Made by a program: the position numbers and the translations under genes | Assembly (NCBI GenBank): GCA_964601615.1 | Contig: CAZRNZ010000002.1 | Coordinates: forward strand, 207,431 to 271,430 | Length of the DNA stretch: 64,000 nt | Direction of reading: 5' to 3' | DNA from: an uncultured Candidatus Saccharibacteria bacterium | Lineage (GTDB): Bacteria; Patescibacteriota; Minisyncoccia; Phycocordibacterales; UBA918 | In this document: piece by piece, positions 58,643-64,000 of the stretch | Position numbering within the stretch: the stretch's first letter is position 1 | Layout: each line of letters starts with the position of its first letter | Notes under the pieces: model-generated | What the model was told of the DNA's origin: nothing | Databases searched by the model: none | What the model saw: only the letters and a program-made list of their open reading frames with translations

Positions 58643-58663
58643 TTACAAGGTCGAACCTTGTAA
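58643..58663. promoter_or_regulatory. Perfect 9-3-9 palindrome TTACAAGGT-CGA-ACCTTGTAA upstream of trhO
   Basis: Seen directly; sits about 45 bp upstream of the trhO start, overlapping the likely -35 region. Confidence 0.3.
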
Positions 58664-58706
58664 TGGGTTGATTTTCAGCGTTTGGGGTTTATACTAACCA
58701 ACACTT

Positions 58707-59678
58707 ATGTATCAAACATTATCTTTTTATAAATATATCAACTTCACAGACCCAGAAACGCTCCGTAATGAGCTTTTCTCTCTCTGGAGTGACTTAGGTG
58801 TACTTGGTCGTATTTATGTTGCAGAGGAGGGAATTAATGCTCAACTTTCCGTGCCAAAAGAAAATTGGGACAAGTTTGATACTTCCATGAAGTCTCGAGC
58901 GGAATTTTCTGATATTCCGTACAAGTTTGCGGTAGAAGAAGGTGATGGTTCTTCTTTTAAAAAACTCATCATTAGAGTGAAGAAGAAAATTGTAGCTGAT
59001 GGTCTAAATGATAATGAATTTGATCCTTCCTCAACTGGTGATTATCTGACAGCTCGTGAGTTTAATGATTATATCGATGATGAAGATGCAATTGTGGTTG
59101 ATATGCGTAATAGCTATGAAAGCGAAGTTGGTCATTTTGAAAAAGCAGTTTTGCCAGACGTTGATACTTTTCGTGAAGAGCTCCAGGTTGTGCCAGAAAT
59201 GCTGAAAGACAAAAAAGACAAGAAGATTGCTCTTTACTGTACTGGTGGAATTCGTTGCGAGAAAGCTAGTGCTTGGTTAAAACATAATGGCTTTAAGGAT
59301 GTGCGACACTTAAAAGGCGGAATAATTGATTATAAACACCAAGTTAAAAATGAAGGATTACAAAATAAGTTCAAAGGTAAGAACTTTGTGTTTGATGAGA
59401 GGCTTGGTGAAAGGATTGGTGATGAAATAATCTCAACTTGCCATCTTTGCAATAAAGAAAAAAGTGATACCCACTATCATTGTAAAAATGAAGTCTGTCA
59501 TATTTTGTTTTTAGGTTGTGATTCTTGTATGGAGAAGAGACAGGGATATTGTTCTGTCAGTTGCCAAATTTTTGATAAATTTCCAGTAAGTATCAAAAAG
59601 TCTTATACGCGAGTACAGAATAAATATTTTAGAACTGCTCAGTTTAAGAAGAAGAGAATGAGAGCGAAGATGGGGTAG
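58707..59678 (+). CDS. trhO: Rhodanese-domain tRNA uridine(34) hydroxylase (YceA/TrhO, UPF0176)
   Basis: N-terminus YKYINF...GRIYVAEEGINAQLS. Rhodanese Cys (LYCTGGIRCE). Cys-rich C-terminus. Confidence 0.8.
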   Translation: MYQTLSFYKYINFTDPETLRNELFSLWSDLGVLGRIYVAEEGINAQLSVPKENWDKFDTSMKSRAEFSDIPYKFAVEEGDGSSFKKLIIRVKKKIVADGLNDNEFDPSSTGDYLTAREFNDYIDDEDAIVVDMRNSYESEVGHFEKAVLPDVDTFREELQVVPEMLKDKKDKKIALYCTGGIRCEKASAWLKHNGFKDVRHLKGGIIDYKHQVKNEGLQNKFKGKNFVFDERLGERIGDEIISTCHLCNKEKSDTHYHCKNEVCHILFLGCDSCMEKRQGYCSVSCQIFDKFPVSIKKSYTRVQNKYFRTAQFKKKRMRAKMG

Positions 59679-59685
59679 TTAAATC

Positions 59686-59716
59686 AAAAATCGGAAGCAA
59701 AGCTTCCGTTTTTGAT
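59686..59716. terminator. Terminator (core CGGAAGCAAAGCTTCCG)
   Basis: Hairpin plus T-run; the same core recurs at 60148-60175. Confidence 0.65.
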
Positions 59717-59722
59717 TTGTTG

Positions 59723-59795
59723 TCCGCCCACTAGGACTTGAACCTAGGACCTTACGGTTAAGAGCCGTCTGCTCTACCAGCTGAGCTATGGGCGG
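59723..59795 (-). tRNA. tRNA-Lys (CTT)
   Basis: Acceptor CCGCCCA/TGGGCGG (C1-G72), anticodon loop CTCTTAA, T-loop TTCAAGT. Confidence 0.85.
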
Positions 59796-59891
59796 ATACT
59801 AAATAACTTCACAAAAGTAAAGGTTGCAACATATTACGCCAATATGGGAAGACTTTCAAGTATTTTAATTTAATGTTAATATCCTACCTAC

Positions 59892-59972
59892 GCGTGAGTG
59901 GCGTAATGGTAGCCGCGTTGGTCTTAGGAACCAATGGAGCAATCCGTGGAGGTTCGAGTCCTCTCTCACGCA
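59892..59972 (+). tRNA. tRNA-Leu (TAG), type II
   Basis: Acceptor GCGTGAG/CTCACGC, anticodon loop CTTAGGA, 13-nt variable arm, T-loop TTCGAGT. Confidence 0.85.
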
Positions 59973-60116
59973 CAATGAAATAGAAAATGGTAAGCGAATA
60001 CTTGTAGCTTGCCATTTTTTATATTTCATCAGTGAGAAGGACGAGAAAAGCGGTTTGAGATATTTATGAGGCAAAGCCAAAATAAATATCCAAACGCTGC
60101 ACAGATTCTGTAAGAA

Positions 60117-60137
60117 TCGAGTCCTCTCTCACGCACA
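60117..60137 (+). repeat. 21-bp perfect direct repeat of the tRNA-Leu(TAG) 3' end (att-like)
   Basis: TCGAGTCCTCTCTCACGCACA occurs at 59954-59974 (inside the tRNA) and again at 60117-60137. Confidence 0.7.
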
Positions 60138-60147
60138 TAATTCAAAA

Positions 60148-60175
60148 GGCCGGAAGCAAAGCTTCCGGCCTTTTG
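60148..60175. terminator. Terminator (core CGGAAGCAAAGCTTCCG), second copy
   Basis: GGCCGGAAGC-AAA-GCTTCCGGCC hairpin followed by a T-run. Confidence 0.65.
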
Positions 60176-60194
60176 AATTATTTATCTTAGATTG

Positions 60195-60266
60195 AGGCCA
60201 GAACGGGAATCGAACCCGTGCGTGGAGGTTTTGCAGACCTCAGCGTTACCACTTCGCCACCTGGCC
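60195..60266 (-). tRNA. tRNA-Cys (GCA)
   Basis: Acceptor GGCCAGG/TCTGGCC, anticodon loop CTGCAAA, T-loop TTCGATT. Confidence 0.85.
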
Positions 60267-60328
60267 AAATTTTCTACATTTAAAATGACATTGACCTCCG
60301 GCTCGAACTCTCCACAGGAGAGTTTCGC

Positions 60329-60347
60329 CTACTTCGCCACCTGACCA
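60329..60347 (-). repeat. Partial duplicate of the tRNA-Cys 5' end (tRNA fragment)
   Basis: CTACTTCGCCACCTGACCA matches CCACTTCGCCACCTGGCCA at 60249-60267 in the tRNA (17/19 identical), about 80 nt upstream of the tRNA 5' end. Confidence 0.5.
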
Positions 60348-60425
60348 TATCAAATTACACGACTAATACTTTAACATTTACATATCGCATTACCAAGCTA
60401 TTTCTGCTATTATGTCACTGTGTTT

Positions 60426-60515
60426 GCCGGGGTGGTGGAGTTGGTAGACACGAGGGACTTAAAATCCCTTGCTATATATAATGGCGCGCGGGTTCAAATC
60501 CCGCTCCCGGCACCA
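60426..60515 (+). tRNA. tRNA-Leu (TAA), type II, CCA encoded
   Basis: Acceptor GCCGGGG/TCCCGGC, anticodon loop CTTAAAA, 18-nt variable arm, T-loop TTCAAAT, genomic CCA. Confidence 0.85.
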
Positions 60516-60523
60516 CAATGAGA

Positions 60524-60560
60524 ATAATAAAAAGCGCTCTAAGTAGCGCTTTTTATTATT
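60524..60560. terminator. Bidirectional terminator
   Basis: AATAATAAAAAGCGCT-CTAAGT-AGCGCTTTTTATTATT palindrome. Confidence 0.7.
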
Positions 60561-60882
60561 TTGCAAAATCTAGATCTCCATCTTCGTGTTGACGCACTCT
60601 TTCTTCGCCATCAATAGAAAACTTAATGCTAGGAATTATCTTCAAGTCACTCTTCTTTTTAATGAACGATCGCATTTCACGGCCGTATCGCATTAGAAAA
60701 ATAAGTGCATCTTGCTCTTTATTTTCTGGAATAGTGGTAAAGAAAATCGTTACGTTGCGATAGTCTGGTGAGACATCTGCTCTTGTAATTGTGATTAGAG
60801 GGTTTGTGTTAGCTTCTGTCAGAATAAAAGAAGCTGCTAGTTCTCTAAGTAGGGATTCTACTCTTTGATGTCGGTCGTTCAT
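60556..60882 (-). CDS. rbfA: Ribosome-binding factor A
   Basis: 108 aa, immediately downstream of infB. Confidence 0.8.
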   Translation of the reverse strand: MNDRHQRVESLLRELAASFILTEANTNPLITITRADVSPDYRNVTIFFTTIPENKEQDALIFLMRYGREMRSFIKKKSDLKIIPSIKFSIDGEERVRQHEDGDLDFAK

Positions 60883-60886
60883 AGAT

Positions 60887-62383
60887 TTAGTTTATGACAA
60901 TATCAAAAGCTTCGATGTAGTCTCCAGCATTGATATCTGTTTTAGTTTCAATTTGCATACCAAATTCACCTTCAGAAACTTGGTTGGTGTTTGATTTGGC
61001 TTGCTGCATGTTCTTGATTTCTCCCATGCCGATTTCAATATCACGGCGAAGAATTCTTACTTCTTGTCCATGCTTAATTACACCTTCATCAAGTCTTCCA
61101 CCAAGTACGTGAGTATTTCTCTGGACACTGAAGTGACGCAAGATTTTTGCTTTTCCAGTTACAACCTTTTCTTCACGCTTTGGTGTACGGTTTTTCAGGG
61201 CAGTATTTAGCCAGTCTGAGAGCTCGTAGATAATACCAAATGTATTGATTTCAACTCCCAATCTTTCAGCTAACTCTTTGGCAGCTTTTTCTACCTTTAC
61301 ATTGAAACCAACAATGATAGCGTTTTTGGTGGCACTAACATTTTGGACGTCGCTCACATTTATTTCACCAACTTCGCTAGCAATAATCTTTACCGCAATA
61401 CGGTCAGATTCAAACTTAGCTAGCTCGTGCAAGATTGCATCGATAGTTCCACTTACATCGGCCTTAATCAATAGGGGTACGGTTGGAAGATTTGGATTTG
61501 AAACAAAACCTTGATTTTTTGCTTCTTCATATGAACTAATTAAAGCCTCAGCTTCTTTTTTAGAGGCTACAGCAGAAAATCTGTCGCCAATTTTTGGAGT
61601 TTCACTCCAACCAACAATTCCAACTGGAGTTGAAAGACCAGCTTCCTTGATACTTTTACCAAGAAAATCTTCCATGATACGAACAGGGGAATAGGCCTTA
61701 CCTGAAACAACAAACTCACCACTCTTTAGTGTGCCGTTTTCAATCATTAGAGTAGCTGTGTTGCCACGCTTTTTATCTAGGCGGGCTTCAATGACTTTTC
61801 CGGATGCAGTAGCATTTGTGTCGCCTTTTAGATCAGCTAAATCAGCTGTCAGAACAACTAGGTCTAGAAGGTCATTAACACCATCACCCTGCTTAGCAGA
61901 AATAGCTGCCCATGGAATATCTCCACCCATTCCTTCAATATAAATACCATTTTCAATCAAAGAAGCTTGAGTCTGTGGAATATTTGCACCTGGTTTATCA
62001 ATCTTATTGATAGCTACAATAAATGGAATATTAGCAGCCTGAATACTTGCTAGTGCTTCCATTGTCTGAGGTTTTACACCGTCTTCAGCTGAAACAACCA
62101 AAATAGCCACATCTGCTACGTCAGCACCACGAAGACGCATTTTTTGGAAAGCTTCATGTCCAGGAGTGTCTAAGAAAGTAATTTCTTCAGTAGCTCCCTC
62201 CTTAGTTGTGTGCTTTGCAACGTAGGCAGATAGGTGTTGAGTGATACCACCAGTCTCGCCGTCCACGACGTTTGCCTTACGAATGAAGTCCAATAGACTA
62301 GATTTTCCGTGGTCAATATGACCCATTACTACTACTATTGGTGATCGCTTTATTGTGTTTGGTTCAGTTGGGCGCTTTGACAT
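60887..62383 (-). CDS. infB: Translation initiation factor IF-2 (short form)
   Basis: G-domain [24 protein letters not shown]. 498 aa lacking the long N-terminal region. Confidence 0.9.
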   Translation of the reverse strand: MSKRPTEPNTIKRSPIVVVMGHIDHGKSSLLDFIRKANVVDGETGGITQHLSAYVAKHTTKEGATEEITFLDTPGHEAFQKMRLRGADVADVAILVVSAEDGVKPQTMEALASIQAANIPFIVAINKIDKPGANIPQTQASLIENGIYIEGMGGDIPWAAISAKQGDGVNDLLDLVVLTADLADLKGDTNATASGKVIEARLDKKRGNTATLMIENGTLKSGEFVVSGKAYSPVRIMEDFLGKSIKEAGLSTPVGIVGWSETPKIGDRFSAVASKKEAEALISSYEEAKNQGFVSNPNLPTVPLLIKADVSGTIDAILHELAKFESDRIAVKIIASEVGEINVSDVQNVSATKNAIIVGFNVKVEKAAKELAERLGVEINTFGIIYELSDWLNTALKNRTPKREEKVVTGKAKILRHFSVQRNTHVLGGRLDEGVIKHGQEVRILRRDIEIGMGEIKNMQQAKSNTNQVSEGEFGMQIETKTDINAGDYIEAFDIVIN

Positions 62384-62424
62384 AGGCGTAACCTTATCAT
62401 AGAGTTTGAAGAATTTCTAATAAT

Positions 62425-63612
62425 ATGCACTGGTTTCAACAAAAAAGAATATACCTTGATTATGCAGCAGCTACTCCTGTAAGAAAGGAGGTTTTGAATG
62501 CGATGTCTCAATATTGGAGTCAAAATTACGGAAATCCTGGTGCGATTCATAGAGAAGGTGTTTTGGCTGATAAAGCCGTTGACGAGTCGAGGGAGAAAGT
62601 GGCACGGACACTTCGTGTCCGTGCCACCGACATTACTTTCACTTCTGGTGGAACTGAAAGTAATAATTTGGCTATTAGGGGTTTGGTTAAAAATATCCAC
62701 GAATCTGGTGTGCGGTTTGAAGACATTGAAATAATTTCTACTAAAGTTGAGCATCCATCGATTTCCAAAGTCTTAGAAGACTTAGAGAAACAAGGTTGTG
62801 TTATTACTTTTGTTTCAGTCAATGAAGATGGGTTGATAAATATTTCTGAACTTGGGAAGTTGCTTTCTTCTAAGACAAGATTGGTAACTGTTGGTTATGC
62901 CAATAGTGAAACTGGAGTTGTACAAGATCTAGGAAAGATATCTCGCACAGTGCGTGCCTATGAGAAAGAAAATGGTCTAGCTATTTCTTTTCATACTGAT
63001 GCCGCACAGGCGCCAAGATGGCTTCCTTGCGCACTAGATGCTCTCGGGGTTGATATGATGTCACTTGATGCTGGGAAATGTGAAGGTCCGAAAGGGGTGG
63101 GAATTTTGGTTGCTAGAGGCAAAGTAAAACTTTCTTCAGTCAGTTTTGGCGGTTCGCAAGAAGAAGGTTTGCGACCAGGAACCGAGCCGGTTTCTTTGGT
63201 AGTTGGTGCAGCAAAAGCTTTGGAATTAGCGCAAGCTGAATATGAAAAGACTTCTGCCAAGGTTTCTAGTTTGCGTGATAAATGGATCTCACTTTTACTT
63301 GCGAATAATCAGATCACTTTAAATGGTTCTCAAGAAAAGCGTTTGCCAAACAATATAAATATCTCTATTACTGGTTTTGATAGTGAGTTTGCGGTGATTT
63401 CGCTGGATGCTGCAGGAATAGCAGCTTCCACTAAGAGTGCTTGTTCAGGAGCGGGAAGTGGTTTATCTAAAGTTGTTTACTCTATGACAAGCGATGAAAA
63501 AAGAGCATCTTCAACCATCAGATTTACTTTGTCACCAGAAACTTCATGGGGTGATTTGAAAAAGACTACCAAGGTTTTAAATGATTTTTTGGATAGAATG
63601 TCTGAGGTTTAG
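62425..63612 (+). CDS. Cysteine desulfurase (class V aminotransferase, IscS/NifS family)
   Basis: PLP-fold aminotransferase class V; Cys in STKSACSGAGS near the C-terminus; 395 aa. Confidence 0.8.
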   Translation: MHWFQQKRIYLDYAAATPVRKEVLNAMSQYWSQNYGNPGAIHREGVLADKAVDESREKVARTLRVRATDITFTSGGTESNNLAIRGLVKNIHESGVRFEDIEIISTKVEHPSISKVLEDLEKQGCVITFVSVNEDGLINISELGKLLSSKTRLVTVGYANSETGVVQDLGKISRTVRAYEKENGLAISFHTDAAQAPRWLPCALDALGVDMMSLDAGKCEGPKGVGILVARGKVKLSSVSFGGSQEEGLRPGTEPVSLVVGAAKALELAQAEYEKTSAKVSSLRDKWISLLLANNQITLNGSQEKRLPNNINISITGFDSEFAVISLDAAGIAASTKSACSGAGSGLSKVVYSMTSDEKRASSTIRFTLSPETSWGDLKKTTKVLNDFLDRMSEV

Positions 63613-63622
63613 GAATTGGATA

Positions 63623-63660
63623 AACAAAGTGGCGCCGGTAAAACCGGCGCCACTTTGTTT
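63623..63660 (+). terminator. Rho-independent terminator
   Basis: 17-bp stem AAACAAAGTGGCGCCGG/CCGGCGCCACTTTGTTT. Confidence 0.75.
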
Positions 63661-63794
63661 TAAATCACTAATTTCTTTGACCAAAAACCCATTCTGTTGC
63701 AATATATAAATAAGAGTCACCCCGCTGACCGATTTGTTACGATTGTTGTGAATTGGTGGCTTAATTTGTCTGATTTTTAACCTTAAATTTAAAC

Positions 63795-64000
63795 GTGCCT
63801 AACTTTCACAATTTTACCACTCGTGCTAAGGAGGCTATCAAAAAAGCTCACGAGTTGGCCATAGAACGAGGTCAAAGCCATGTAAGTCCAGTTCACTTAT
63901 TGGCGGCTTTGTCGATGCAAGACGAAAGTACTGTAATTTTGCTACTCGATAGACTCGATGTAGATATCATTGCTTTCACTGATATGTTACTTGAGGCACT
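63795..64000 (+). CDS. Clp ATPase (ClpB/ClpC-type) N-terminal domain, partial at window end
   Basis: Hand-translated from GTG 63795: VPNFHNFTTRAKEAIKKAHELAIERGQSHVSPVHLLAALS... matches a Clp_N repeat; ORF runs off the window. Confidence 0.5.
   Translation, partial: MPNFHNFTTRAKEAIKKAHELAIERGQSHVSPVHLLAALSMQDESTVILLLDRLDVDIIAFTDMLLEA

Noticed and set aside
59865-60080. 71-aa minus-strand ORF
   Set aside because: Overlaps tRNA-Leu(TAG) and the att-like spacer; not coding.
60271-60350. Possible extra tRNA (or tRNA-Sec) upstream of tRNA-Cys
   Set aside because: Only the first ~19 nt resemble tRNA-Cys. The rest forms an 8-bp hairpin with a 3-nt loop and no anticodon or T-arm; treated as a tRNA fragment rather than a gene.
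1-64000. CRISPR arrays, rRNA, tmRNA, SRP RNA, RNase P RNA, integrase/transposase genes
   Set aside because: No regularly spaced direct repeats, no rRNA-like stretches, no conserved tmRNA/SRP/RNase P motifs and no recombinase-like ORF were recognised by eye. The absence of ncRNAs is weakly supported without covariance-model searches.
1-64000. Alternative genetic code (UGA recoding, as in some CPR lineages)
   Set aside because: Long conserved genes (gyrA, ligA, valS, ftsZ) are intact with standard stops and RF2 is present. Code 11 fits.

Overview
AT-rich (roughly 40% GC by eye), tightly packed bacterial chromosome segment read in the standard code. The gene content looks like a small-genome Patescibacteria/CPR-type organism: truncated RF2 and IF2, a short ValRS, many small secreted or membrane proteins, a type IV pilin set, and 13 tRNA genes in 64 kb.

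Core genes recognised: ligA, gatCA, prfB-ftsEX, murJ, lepA, valS, tsaD, trxB, ftsAZ, ybeY-rpsU-hisS-lepB, pth, rpsA, gyrA, rbfA-infB, a cysteine desulfurase, trhO, and a Clp ATPase N-terminus running off the window end.

Accessory or unusual content:
- A type IV pilin/prepilin-peptidase cluster (102-3834).
- A membrane-anchored HEPN-like protein next to a tRNA cluster (8126-8782).
- A conserved ~80-nt module upstream of two tRNA genes; its hairpin stem copies each tRNA's acceptor stem.
- Partial tRNA direct repeats at tRNA-Leu and tRNA-Cys, the former att-like.
- An atypical RIO/Bud32-like kinase near tsaD (37454-38377).
- A secreted protein with a TIMP/NTR-like N-terminal 'CSC' after its signal peptide (39584-40138).
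- A tandem array of five paralogous small two-helix membrane proteins, candidate VirB2/TrbC-type conjugative pilins, interleaved with a methyltransferase and an orphan solute-binding protein (53185-56943). I consider this array the most likely undescribed system in the window.

No CRISPR array, rRNA, integrase or transposase was recognised.
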